Of a stretch of DNA of 64,000 bases, positions 46,821 to 56,210 are shown piece after piece. The stretch comes from an uncultured Actinomycetes bacterium (GTDB taxonomy: Bacteria > Actinomycetota > UBA4738 > JBBDTT01). The notes beneath the pieces are model-generated. The model did not search any database. It was not told the origin of the DNA and saw nothing but the letters and a program-made list of their open reading frames with translations. Position numbers and translations under genes: made by a program. The DNA lies in the NCBI GenBank assembly GCA_963742735.1, contig CAVUMN010000004.1, forward strand, positions 864,001 to 928,000. The letters are read 5' to 3'. The number at the start of each line of letters is the position of its first letter. Position 1 is the stretch's first letter.

Positions 46821-48782
46821 TCAGGCGGGGCGCCACTCGACGCTCCCGACGCGAACCGGCTCGGGGATGCCCTTGGCGGCGATCTCCTTCGATCCGGACA
46901 CGGTGAACCCGTCGCCGGCCTCGGCGAGGGTGTCCTCGCTGGCCAGGATCTCGCCCCCCTCGGCGGCTGCGGCGATACGGGCGGCCTTGTGGACCTCCCC
47001 GCCGCTGTAATCGCCGCCGCGCCGGGTCGCCTCGGCCGAGTGCACGCCGATCCGGACCTGCGGCGCGAACCCGTGGGCGCGGCGGTGCTGGGCCAGCGCC
47101 CGCTGGACCCCGACGGCCGCCGCGAGCGCCGCCCGGGCGTCGGCGAACGCCACGAAGAACCCATCGCCGGTGCCGTGGGCCACCTCGCCGCCGTTCGCCG
47201 CGAACTGCGACCGAAGGGCCTGGTCGTGCCACCGGAGCAGGTCCTCCCACGCCTCGTCCCCGATTGCGCTCACGAGGTCCGTCGACTTCACGATGTCGGT
47301 GAACATGAAGGCTCGAGTGACGCGCTCCGACGCCGTTGCCCCGGCGGCCAGCTCCCCGAGGAGCGCGGTCGCGTCCGCGTTCGCAAGCTGCGCCCCGATG
47401 CGGTCGAACGTGGCACACGCAGCTCGGAGCTCCGCAACCGCGGCGTCCTCATCGCCGAGGGCCCGGTAGGCGCGTCCGAGGAGGACTCGGACCTCCGCGA
47501 CCTCGAACGGCGCCTCCAGCTCTTGCCACCGCTTCCGCGCACTCTCGAGGTCGGCCAGCGAGCCCTGTGCGTCGCCCCGCGCCAGGCTGACGGCCCCGCG
47601 GATCCGCGCCGCGGCGGCCTGCAGGGAGGCGACGTCGTAGGCGCTGAGGATCTCGTCGGCCTCGGAGGACGCCGCAGCGGCGGCCTCGGCGTCCTCCGCC
47701 GCGAGCGCGATGTCGGCCCGCGCGATGAACAGCCGGAACCGCGACAGGGGGTCCGTCGAGCTCTCCAGGGCCCGCGTGATCCCCGACGCGGCCGAGCCGG
47801 CCTTGCCCTGTGCCAGACGAAGCAGCGAGAGCCCGGGCTGCGGATCCCGGCCGTTCTCGCTGGCTCGGGTGTAGGCCTCTTCCGCGGCGTCCAGGTCGCC
47901 CATGCGACGACGGACCTCGCCGATCTCGTAGGCGGCGTCGCCGGCCCCGAACGCGATGTTGAACCGGGGGAGCTCGACGGCCGCTTGACGGGCCTCCTGC
48001 TCGGCGGTCGCGAAGTCGCCGTGGAGCCGGTGGAGCTCGGCGCGATGGATCCGGCAGAGCCCCGGGAACCCGGTGATCGACTGTCGCTGGCACCAACGCA
48101 GCGTCGCGTCGGTCCACTCGGCGGAGCGCCGGTAGTCGCCGAGGTGCGAGCAGAACCCGATCATGCTGCAGTACACCCGGCCGGTGTAGTGGGTCGAGAG
48201 CTCGCCGCCGACCGCGGCCACCATCGCCTCGTCGATGAGCCCCAGTCCCTCGGCGAGGCGTCCCTGCTTGCAGATGACCTGGCCCTTGTCGTGCATGGCC
48301 AGCGCGTACAGGTTTCGGTCGCCGGTTCGCTTGGCGACGGCGAGCGCCTCGTCGAACAGCGCCATGGCCTCCTCGACCGCTCCCTCGAACTCGTACTTCG
48401 TGAAGCCCTGGATCGCGGCCAGGTAGCCCGTCACCGGGTAGTCGGGGTGGCCCTCGGCGAGCTCCCGGGCCCGGACCAGCCACGCCCCGAACTGCGGTAT
48501 GGACAGGCGCATCATGTGCTGCTCGGCGATCTCGAACGCGGCGAACGCGGCCGTCGCCGTGTCGCCCTCCCCGAGGTAGGCCCGGTAGGCCCGCTCCATG
48601 GCATCGAGGATCCCGTCGCCCTGCCCGGTCCACCACGCGGCCTGCGCCAGGAGATCGAGGTCGGCGGCGGAGAGGGGCGACTGCCCGTCGGCCTCGACGA
48701 GCGCGTCATAGGCCTCCTGCCAGGCGTGGCGTTCCATGGCCTCACGGGCGGCCCGGACCAGATCGACGGCCGGCTGGCTCAC
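46821..48782 (-). CDS. TPR/MalT-like helical protein with C-terminal class III nucleotidyl cyclase domain
   Basis: FMFTDIVKST, TGDGF, RIGVH, DYSGGEVHKAARI; start set at GTG 48782 by -10 TACGAT 7 nt upstream. Confidence 0.85.
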   Translation of the reverse strand: MSQPAVDLVRAAREAMERHAWQEAYDALVEADGQSPLSAADLDLLAQAAWWTGQGDGILDAMERAYRAYLGEGDTATAAFAAFEIAEQHMMRLSIPQFGAWLVRARELAEGHPDYPVTGYLAAIQGFTKYEFEGAVEEAMALFDEALAVAKRTGDRNLYALAMHDKGQVICKQGRLAEGLGLIDEAMVAAVGGELSTHYTGRVYCSMIGFCSHLGDYRRSAEWTDATLRWCQRQSITGFPGLCRIHRAELHRLHGDFATAEQEARQAAVELPRFNIAFGAGDAAYEIGEVRRRMGDLDAAEEAYTRASENGRDPQPGLSLLRLAQGKAGSAASGITRALESSTDPLSRFRLFIARADIALAAEDAEAAAAASSEADEILSAYDVASLQAAAARIRGAVSLARGDAQGSLADLESARKRWQELEAPFEVAEVRVLLGRAYRALGDEDAAVAELRAACATFDRIGAQLANADATALLGELAAGATASERVTRAFMFTDIVKSTDLVSAIGDEAWEDLLRWHDQALRSQFAANGGEVAHGTGDGFFVAFADARAALAAAVGVQRALAQHRRAHGFAPQVRIGVHSAEATRRGGDYSGGEVHKAARIAAAAEGGEILASEDTLAEAGDGFTVSGSKEIAAKGIPEPVRVGSVEWRPA

Positions 48783-48840
48783 GGTCGAGATCGTACGCCC
48801 GGCGTCTGGAGGGTGATCCGGAACATCTAAACTCGCCGGG

Positions 48841-50238
48841 ATGGCCGTTCCCGCACCGGTTTCCGTGCGCGCGGTCGGTGCGTCCCTGCCCGACCTGCGC
48901 GTCGCCTCGTCCGACGTCGCCGCCGCCTGGGGCGGGCGCGCGAAGGGGACCGTCCGCGTCTGCGACTTCGACCAGGACCCACTCACGCTGGCCTGGGACG
49001 CGGCGACCGCCGCGCTGGCGGCGGCGGACCTCCGTCCCTCGGAGGTCGACTACCTCGGCTGGGGGGTCGCCCGGCCGCCGTTCGCGGAGGGGCCGAGCCA
49101 CGCGCTGCTCGCGGCCTCGCTCGACGTGCCGGCCGACGCGGAGGGCGCGCTGTTGGCGGGCTCGGCGACTGCCGGGCTCGAAGCCCTCTTCGCCGCGTGG
49201 GACGCGATCGCCGCGCACGCCGCGCGGGTCGCGCTCGTCGTCGCCTCCGACGCCACCGTCCCCGGTCCGGGCACGTCGCTCGAGACCCGGACGGGCGCCG
49301 GCGCGGTCGCCTTCGTCCTCTCCGGAGCCGGGGGCCGCGCGCGTCTGGTCGCCCGGGCGTCCCGGAGCGTCCCGACGATCGACCGCTACCGCGGCGACGG
49401 CGAGCCGGCCAGCCGCGACCTCTACGACGGCCGCCTGTTTCGCGAGGAGGTGTTCCTGCCCGAGACGTCCTCGCTGGCGACGATCCTGGCCTCCGACGTC
49501 GGCTCGTGGAGCCTTCCGGACCCCGACGGCCGGCTCGGCGCAGCGCTCTCGAAGCGGCTGGGCGGCGAGCACGCCTCCGCCGACCTGTTCGCCCGGGCCG
49601 GAGAGACCGGCGCGGCGGCGCCGCTGCTCGGCCTGCTGCCCGCGCTGACCGGGCCCGGCCGCTCCGGCGCGATCGCCCACGGCGGCGGCCGCACACTCGG
49701 CGTCGTCGTGGAGGCCGAGGATGCCGTCCCCGGCGCCGATTCGCTCGCCGCGCTCCTGGACGAGGGCCGCGACGTCCCCTACACGACCGCCCTGCGCAGC
49801 CGCCGGCTCCTCGAGCCGACCGGCGAGCCCGTCCCCATGGGCGTGCCTCCTGGGAGCGCCCAATTCGTCCGCGGGGGCCGCGAGTTGCTCTCGCTGCAGG
49901 GCGCGCGCTGCGTCGACTGCGGCACGATCGCCACGCCCCCCGACACCCACCCGTCCTGCCTGAACTGCGGCGGCGGCAAGCTCGAGGTCGTCCCGCTCGC
50001 CCGCGCCGGAGGCATCCACACCTTCTTCGTGAACTTCGCGATGCCCCCGCCGTTCATCGCCCCGCTACCGATCGCGATCCTGGACCTGGACGACGGCTCG
50101 CGGCTGATGCTCCAGGTGACCGGCGGGGCGGAGGATCTGCAGATCGGAGAGCGTGTCGAGCTGGTCCTGCGCCGCCACGTGGTCGAGCGCGGCGCGCCCG
50201 TCTACGGCTTCAAGGCCAGACGAGCGAGGGGAGTCTGA
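48841..50238 (+). CDS. HMG-CoA-synthase-like domain fused to a DUF35 Zn-ribbon/OB-fold
   Basis: DQDPLTLA, VASD, GAGAVA, GETGAA, AHGGG; C-terminal CVDC...CLNC and LDDG...YGFKA. Confidence 0.82.
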   Translation: MAVPAPVSVRAVGASLPDLRVASSDVAAAWGGRAKGTVRVCDFDQDPLTLAWDAATAALAAADLRPSEVDYLGWGVARPPFAEGPSHALLAASLDVPADAEGALLAGSATAGLEALFAAWDAIAAHAARVALVVASDATVPGPGTSLETRTGAGAVAFVLSGAGGRARLVARASRSVPTIDRYRGDGEPASRDLYDGRLFREEVFLPETSSLATILASDVGSWSLPDPDGRLGAALSKRLGGEHASADLFARAGETGAAAPLLGLLPALTGPGRSGAIAHGGGRTLGVVVEAEDAVPGADSLAALLDEGRDVPYTTALRSRRLLEPTGEPVPMGVPPGSAQFVRGGRELLSLQGARCVDCGTIATPPDTHPSCLNCGGGKLEVVPLARAGGIHTFFVNFAMPPPFIAPLPIAILDLDDGSRLMLQVTGGAEDLQIGERVELVLRRHVVERGAPVYGFKARRARGV

Positions 50239-50240
50239 AC

Positions 50241-51419
50241 GTGAGCTGGAACCGCGTGGCGATCGCCGGCGTCGGGATGATCAAGTTCGGGGAGCTGTTC
50301 GACCAGAGCTACGAGCAGATGGCCGCCGGCGCGTTTCGCGCTGCGGTCGAGTCCGTGGACAAGGGCTTCGACACCGCCGACATCGGCACGGCCTTCGTGG
50401 CCACCCAGCGCGGCACGCTCTGGGGTCAGGAGGGGATCGGCGGCAACACGGTCCCGTCCGCGATCGGGATCGTCGGCGTCCCCACCACTCGCGTGGAGAA
50501 CGCGTGCCCCTCGGGCTCCGACGCCTTCCGCATCGGGGCGATGGCGGTGGCCAGCGGCGTGTACGACGTGGCCCTGGTCCTGGGCGTCGAGAAGATGCGC
50601 GACAAGGCGACCGAGGAGTCGCTGCTCGCCCGCGCCACCCAGGGCCACCCGATCTACGGCCGGGGTGAGGTCGCGCCGGCCCTGTTCGCGCCGTTCGCCA
50701 CCCGGCACATGCACGAGTACGGGACGACGAAGGAGCAGCTCGCTGCCGTCGCGGTGAAGAACCACCACAACGGCACGCTGTGCCCGTACGCCCACTTCAA
50801 GGCCGAGGTCACGATCGAGCAGGTCCTGGCCAGCCCGCCGGTGTGCCACCCGCTCAACCTGCTGGACTGCTGCCCACAGACCGACGGCGCCGCCGCCGCA
50901 CTGCTGGTGAACGCCGACATCGCCGACCGCTACACGGAGAAGCCCGTCTACGTCGCCGGCTTCGGCGTGGGCATCGATCACCCCGGCCTGCACGAGAAGG
51001 CCAGCTACACGGAGCTCGCCGCGACCGTGCAGGCGAGCAAGCGGGCGTACGCCATGGCCGGCCTGGGCCCGGACGACATCGACATGGCCGAGGTCCACGA
51101 CTGCTTCACGATCACCGAGATCCTGGATATCGAGGACCTCGGGTTCGTCGAGAAGGGCAAGGGCGGCCCCGCGGTCGCCGACGGCGAGACCGCCCTCGAC
51201 GGCCGCATCCCCATCAACACCAGCGGCGGCCTGCTCGCCAAGGGCCACCCGATCGGCGCGAGCGGCGTCGCCCAGATCGCGGAGTGCTACTGGCAGCTCC
51301 GCGGCGAGGCCGACCAGCGCCAGGTCGAGATCCGCAAGGGCAACGTGCTGCAGCACAACGTGGGCGGGCGGGGCTCCGGCGTGAGCGTCGTCAACATCCT
51401 CACCACGAACCCCAACTAA
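50241..51419 (+). CDS. Thiolase (SCP-x/archaeal type) with catalytic Cys
   Basis: RVENACPSG, EVHDCF, KGHPIGASG, QHNVGG. Confidence 0.92.
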   Translation: MSWNRVAIAGVGMIKFGELFDQSYEQMAAGAFRAAVESVDKGFDTADIGTAFVATQRGTLWGQEGIGGNTVPSAIGIVGVPTTRVENACPSGSDAFRIGAMAVASGVYDVALVLGVEKMRDKATEESLLARATQGHPIYGRGEVAPALFAPFATRHMHEYGTTKEQLAAVAVKNHHNGTLCPYAHFKAEVTIEQVLASPPVCHPLNLLDCCPQTDGAAAALLVNADIADRYTEKPVYVAGFGVGIDHPGLHEKASYTELAATVQASKRAYAMAGLGPDDIDMAEVHDCFTITEILDIEDLGFVEKGKGGPAVADGETALDGRIPINTSGGLLAKGHPIGASGVAQIAECYWQLRGEADQRQVEIRKGNVLQHNVGGRGSGVSVVNILTTNPN

Positions 51420-52217
51420 GTGGACGAGGTCGCGTACCAGGTCGCCGGGGACGTCGGCGAGATCACCCTGAACCGGCCCGAGGCGAAGAACGCGCTGAAC
51501 ATCCCGATGCGCGACGAGCTGGTCCGGATCGTCCGCGAGGCTCGGAGCGACCCCGCCGTTCGCGCCCTGCTGGTCACCGGGACCGGTGATGCGTTCTGCG
51601 CCGGTGCGGACATGGGCACCACGACGGTCAGCAAGTCGGCGGAGGCGGGGTTCGACACCCGTTCGACCCAGGAGGCGCTCCGGGTGGGGGTGCAGACGCT
51701 CGTCCGCGAGCTGTGGGAGCTCGACAAGCCCACCGTCGCCGCCGTCAACGGGACGGCGGTCGGCCCCGGCGCGCACCTCGCCCTCGCCTGCGACTTCGTG
51801 GTCATCGCCGAGGACGCCCGGCTGATGTGGTCGTTCGCGAAGTGGGGACTGGTCGTGGACGCCGCCGGCGCGTACCTGCTGCCCCGGCTGGTGGGCCTGC
51901 CTCGCGCGAAGCGGATGGTCCTGCTCGGCGAGGGCTTCACCGGTGCCGAGGCGGTCGCCGAGGGCCTGGCGTATGCGTCGGCGCCCGCCGGGGACGTGAT
52001 GGCGAAGGCCACCGAGCTGGCCCGGACGCTGGCCGCCGGCCCAACCCGGAGTCTCGGACTGTCGAAGGCGCTGCTGAACCGCAGCTTCGAGACCGACCTG
52101 CCCACGAGCCTCGACCTGGAGGGCGCCTACCAGTCGCTGGCCACCACGAGCGAGGACCTCAAGGAGGGCATGGCCGCCTTCAAGGACAAGCGCCCCCCGA
52201 ACTTCACCGGCCGCTGA
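51420..52217 (+). CDS. Enoyl-CoA hydratase/isomerase (paralog of 12883-13686)
   Basis: LNRPEAKNA, LWELDKPTVAAVNG, GLVVDAAGAYLLPRLVG. Confidence 0.9.
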   Translation: MDEVAYQVAGDVGEITLNRPEAKNALNIPMRDELVRIVREARSDPAVRALLVTGTGDAFCAGADMGTTTVSKSAEAGFDTRSTQEALRVGVQTLVRELWELDKPTVAAVNGTAVGPGAHLALACDFVVIAEDARLMWSFAKWGLVVDAAGAYLLPRLVGLPRAKRMVLLGEGFTGAEAVAEGLAYASAPAGDVMAKATELARTLAAGPTRSLGLSKALLNRSFETDLPTSLDLEGAYQSLATTSEDLKEGMAAFKDKRPPNFTGR

Positions 52218-53407
52218 TGGATCCGCTCGCCGACAACGAGGAGCAGGCGGCCCTCCGCAAGCTCGCCCGCGACGTGGCCGAGCGCGACCTGGCCCCCAAC
52301 GCCACCCACTGGGACGAGACCGAGGAGTTTCCCCACGCGTCGTGGGACGCTCTGAAGTCGGCCGGCCTGTTCGGCGTGACGGTCGGCGAGCCATGGGGCG
52401 GGGCCGGTCTCGGCGACGTCGAGTCGGCGATCGTCCTGGAGGAGCTCGCCCGCGCCGACGTCGGAAGCGCGATCCTCTGCCAGCTCACCTTCAACGGCGC
52501 GCCGCGCGCGATCGAACACCTCGGCAACGAGCGCATGAAGGACCGCTGGCTGCCCGCCGCCGCCAGCGGCGAGCACCTGTTCAGCGTGGGCATCAGCGAG
52601 CCCGACGCGGGCTCGGCCGCGAACCACCTCACCACCCGCCTGAGCGCCGACGGCGACGGCTTCCGGCTGGAGGGCTACAAGAACTACGTGACCGGCGGCC
52701 ACGTCGCCGGCGCCTGCCTGGTGTGGGCCCGGTGGCCGGGCAGCGAGGGCTCCAAGGGGATCGGCTCGGTCGTCGTCGACCTCGCCGCCGACGGAGTGAA
52801 GGTCGTCGGTACCCACAAGAAGATGGGGCTGCGCGGCACCAGCGAGGCCGAGCTCGCGTTCGACGGGGTGCGCGTCGAGCCCGACGACGTCCTGGTCCCC
52901 GGGGCGGAGGACCAGTCCAGCTTCGTCTCCCTGATCTCGCACCTGAACCACGAGCGATGCGGGAACGCGGCGATGTGCGTCGGGGCCGCGCAGGGCGCGC
53001 TCGAGCACGCCATCCGGTACATGAACGAGCGCCGGGTCGGGGAGCGGATGCTCGCCGACTACCAGGGCTTGCAGTGGAAGATCGCCGACATGGCCATCCG
53101 CCTGGAGGGCGCGCGCCTGCTGCTCTACCGGGCGGTCGGCAAGGCCGGCCCGCACGGGACGCCGCCTGCCCTGGAGACGGCGCTGGCGAAGGCCGCCGCG
53201 AACCTGGCCGCGCGCGACGTGTGCGACGAGGCCATCCAGATCTTCGGCGGCTACGGCTACAGCCGCGAGTACCCGGTGGAGCGCATCTACCGCGACGTCC
53301 GGGGGCTCCTCATCGGCGCCGGGACGGTGGAGGTCCAGCGCAACTTCATCGCCGGCCACCTGCTGAGGGGCAAGACCCCGCCCGGCCCCGCCTGGCGTAC
53401 CTCCTAG
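52217..53407 (+). CDS. Acyl-CoA dehydrogenase
   Basis: ISEPDAGS, KMGLRG, LNHER, QIFGGYGY, GTVEVQR. Confidence 0.92.
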   Translation: MDPLADNEEQAALRKLARDVAERDLAPNATHWDETEEFPHASWDALKSAGLFGVTVGEPWGGAGLGDVESAIVLEELARADVGSAILCQLTFNGAPRAIEHLGNERMKDRWLPAAASGEHLFSVGISEPDAGSAANHLTTRLSADGDGFRLEGYKNYVTGGHVAGACLVWARWPGSEGSKGIGSVVVDLAADGVKVVGTHKKMGLRGTSEAELAFDGVRVEPDDVLVPGAEDQSSFVSLISHLNHERCGNAAMCVGAAQGALEHAIRYMNERRVGERMLADYQGLQWKIADMAIRLEGARLLLYRAVGKAGPHGTPPALETALAKAAANLAARDVCDEAIQIFGGYGYSREYPVERIYRDVRGLLIGAGTVEVQRNFIAGHLLRGKTPPGPAWRTS

Positions 53408-54672
53408 GCGCCGACGGGCGCGGCCTCGGTCTCCGGCGCGTCGGCTTCGATGACGTCGGCGGGCTCGTTGCGGGCCCGGAGTCGCGCGTAGACCGGGAGC
53501 GAGAGCAGGGTGGCCAGTCCGCCGACGACGAACCCCGCCGGCACCGAGCGCTCCTGGGACAGGTAGCCCAGTCCGGTCTGTCCTCCGACGCTGCCCACGC
53601 TGCCGACCAGCGAGACGAACGAGACCAGGGTCGCCCGCTCGGAGCTGGGGATCGAGCCGTGGAGGTAGGCCTGGCCCAGCGGGCGGAGCATGCCCCCCGC
53701 CACGGCGCCGAGCAGGAACACCGGGACCGTGATCCAGAACGAACGGACGGCGCCGGTCCCGATCATCGCCGCGGTGAGGACGGCCTGGCCCGCCAGCAGC
53801 AGGGTCGTTCGCCGCCTGCCCGGCTTCGCCAGACGGCTCACCAGGACGTTCCCGGCGATGCCGGCCAGCGCGAAGAGCGCGGCGATGACGCCCGCCAGCC
53901 ACACGGCGTCGCGGCCCCACAGCTCCAGGAAGTACGGCTGCCACGCGTACCAGGCCCAGGAGAAGAACCCGAACGACACGAAGGCGTCGAGCATCAACAG
54001 CCGCACCGATGGCGTCCGGACCCCGAACGTGAGGCCGGCCCGCGCCACCTTCCGCATCTCGCCGACGATGCCCTTCAGTTGCAGCGTCCGGGGCGTGAAC
54101 CCCAGGTCGTGCATCGTCCGCACGCCGACGGCGAAGGCCAGTAGCAGGAGCCCGGCGCGCACGACGTACGGAAGCGACAGGTCGGCCTGCCCGAGGATCC
54201 CTCCGCCGACCGTGCCGATGATCATCCCGACGCTGGAGACGACCCCCGCCCGCGCGAACACGCGGTCCAGAGGCCGCGTGTATCCCGTGGCCTTCAGGGC
54301 GTCGACCAGCCACGCCTCGACCGCGCCGGTGAAGAAGGTGTAGCCGAGCCCCAGGACCACGCCGGCGACGCAGAACAGCAGGAGCCCGCCGCCGATCGCG
54401 GCCACCCCGACATACATGAGCGTCCCGACGGCGAGGATCGACGCCGAGAGCAGGAACGACGCCCGTCGTCCCCGCGTGTCGGCGACGACGCCGGTGGGGA
54501 CCTCGAACAGAGCCATGGCCGCGGTGAACGCCGCGTTGGCCACGAACACCTCGAAGATCGTCAGCCCGGCGTCCAGCAGGAACAGCGTGTTGATGCCCCA
54601 GATCAAGGAGGCGGAGACCGTGAACAGCGCGTTGATCGTCAGGTAGGTGCGGATCACGCGCTCGGGATTCAT
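53404..54672 (-). CDS. MFS transporter
   Basis: EVPTGVVADTRGRR motif A; about 12 TM segments. Confidence 0.9.
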   Translation of the reverse strand: MNPERVIRTYLTINALFTVSASLIWGINTLFLLDAGLTIFEVFVANAAFTAAMALFEVPTGVVADTRGRRASFLLSASILAVGTLMYVGVAAIGGGLLLFCVAGVVLGLGYTFFTGAVEAWLVDALKATGYTRPLDRVFARAGVVSSVGMIIGTVGGGILGQADLSLPYVVRAGLLLLAFAVGVRTMHDLGFTPRTLQLKGIVGEMRKVARAGLTFGVRTPSVRLLMLDAFVSFGFFSWAWYAWQPYFLELWGRDAVWLAGVIAALFALAGIAGNVLVSRLAKPGRRRTTLLLAGQAVLTAAMIGTGAVRSFWITVPVFLLGAVAGGMLRPLGQAYLHGSIPSSERATLVSFVSLVGSVGSVGGQTGLGYLSQERSVPAGFVVGGLATLLSLPVYARLRARNEPADVIEADAPETEAAPVGA

Positions 54673-54700
54673 GTCCGTGTCAGCGTAATCCCGCCGCGAG

Positions 54701-55105
54701 CTATTCCGCGGCGCGATCCAGCTCGCGGCGGAACGAGCCCGACCCGCGGGCGTTCGCCCCGAGCTCCCGGATCCGCTCCGCCAGCCGGGCGTCCGACGTG
54801 ACGACGGTGATCGACGACGGGTCGGCGTCCTCGGAGACCATCCGCACGATCTCGTGGTCCGCGGCGTTGCGCCCCCGCCGCGACGCGAAGGCCACCTCGA
54901 CCGCCCCGTGGCGGCCCGGCTCGACGTCGGGCGGACGGCGGTCGAACACCACCGTGATCTCGCCCGGGCTCGCGGCCGCGTACCGGCCGAGCTCCTCGAT
55001 GAACCGCCGCACGGCGCGGTCGGGGTCGTTCCACCACTTGTCCGGCCGGGACCCGATGACGTTCATCCCGTCGACCAGCAGGCGCGATTCGCGAGCGGCG
55101 CTCAG
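54701..55105 (-). CDS. NYN/YacP-like PIN-domain RNase (probable CTG start)
   Basis: LLVDGMNV, VVFD, NAADHEI, VVTSDARL; the first Asp motif lies upstream of the first ATG (55066). Confidence 0.75.
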   Translation of the reverse strand: MSAARESRLLVDGMNVIGSRPDKWWNDPDRAVRRFIEELGRYAAASPGEITVVFDRRPPDVEPGRHGAVEVAFASRRGRNAADHEIVRMVSEDADPSSITVVTSDARLAERIRELGANARGSGSFRRELDRAAE

Positions 55106-55106
55106 G

Positions 55107-55874
55107 TCAGCTCGGCGCCATCCGCAGGGCGCCGTCCAGCCGGATCGTCTCCCCGTTCAGCATGGGGTTCTCGGCGATCGAGCACACCAGGTGGGCGTAC
55201 TCCTCGGGCTTGCCCAGGCGCTTCGGGAACGGGATGCCGGCCCCCAGGGCCTGGCGCTGCTCGTCGGGCATCAACGAGAAGAGCGGCGTGTCGAACAGCC
55301 CCGGGGCGATGGTGTTGACGCGGATCCCCCGGCTGGCCAGGTCGCGGGCCGCGGGGAGCGTGAGCGAGACGATGCCGCCCTTCGAGGCGGCGTAGGCGGT
55401 CTGGCCGATCTGCCCATCGAACGCGGCGACCGACGCGGTCATGACGACCAGCCCGCGCTCGCCCTCCTCGTTCGGCTCGTTGGCGTTCATCGTCCACGCC
55501 GCGTGGCGCAGGAAGTTGTACATGCCGATCAGGTTGACGCGGATCACGCTCTCGAACGGGTCGACCGGCGCGGGGCCCTCCCGGGAGATCGTTCGCTGCG
55601 CCCACCCGATGCCGGCGCAGCCGACCGCCAGCCGCACCTCGCCGAACGCCTCCACCGCGCCCTCGAACGCGGCCCTGACCGTCTCGCCGTCGCCGACGTC
55701 GCACGGGAAGGCGCGGGCCGCATCGCCGAGCTCGGCTGCGAGCTGCGTCCCCCGGTCCGCGTTGTAGTCGGCGATGGCCACGCGGCCGCCCCGGGCCACG
55801 ATCGCGCGGGCCGTGGCCTCCCCCAGGCCCGACGCGCCGCCGGAGACGACCGCGGAGATCCCCCTCAGGTCCAT
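55107..55874 (-). CDS. SDR, HSD10-like 3-hydroxyacyl-CoA dehydrogenase
   Basis: GGASGLG, ASVAAFDGQIGQTAYAASKGG, NGETIRLDGALRM. Confidence 0.92.
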   Translation of the reverse strand: MDLRGISAVVSGGASGLGEATARAIVARGGRVAIADYNADRGTQLAAELGDAARAFPCDVGDGETVRAAFEGAVEAFGEVRLAVGCAGIGWAQRTISREGPAPVDPFESVIRVNLIGMYNFLRHAAWTMNANEPNEEGERGLVVMTASVAAFDGQIGQTAYAASKGGIVSLTLPAARDLASRGIRVNTIAPGLFDTPLFSLMPDEQRQALGAGIPFPKRLGKPEEYAHLVCSIAENPMLNGETIRLDGALRMAPS

Positions 55875-55898
55875 GTCGGCACCTTACCCGTACCCACC

Positions 55899-56210
55899 TC
55901 AGGCGAGGAGCCGCGCCGCCGCCGTGACCGCGGCCGCCAACCCGATCACCAGCAGCGTCGGCGCCCGCCGCCACCCGGCCACCAGGATCGCGGCGGCCCC
56001 CACGCCGATCGCCCGCTCGTCCAGCACCAGCCGGGGCCCCGACGCGAACGTCTGCGTGACCACCAGCGCGGCCAGGACCGCCGGCGCCAGCAGGATCAGC
56101 GCGCCGTCGAGCCTCGCCGGCAGGGGCCGCGCGCCCAGGACGACGGGGCCGAGGGCCTTGAAGACCACCGTCACGCCGCCGACCAGGGCCACCACCACCC
56201 AGCCCCTCAT
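55899..56210 (-). CDS. azlD: AzlD domain branched-chain amino acid exporter subunit
   Basis: Hydrophobic, PAVLAALV; downstream of azlC. Confidence 0.8.
   Translation of the reverse strand: MRGWVVVALVGGVTVVFKALGPVVLGARPLPARLDGALILLAPAVLAALVVTQTFASGPRLVLDERAIGVGAAAILVAGWRRAPTLLVIGLAAAVTAAARLLA

Noticed and set aside
46821-48782. Pycsar/CBASS-type defence cyclase
   Set aside because: No adjacent effector gene, and the large TPR-sensor architecture points to signalling.
48841-51419. Mevalonate pathway HMG-CoA synthase
   Set aside because: The catalytic Glu, Cys and His appear absent and no other mevalonate genes are present.
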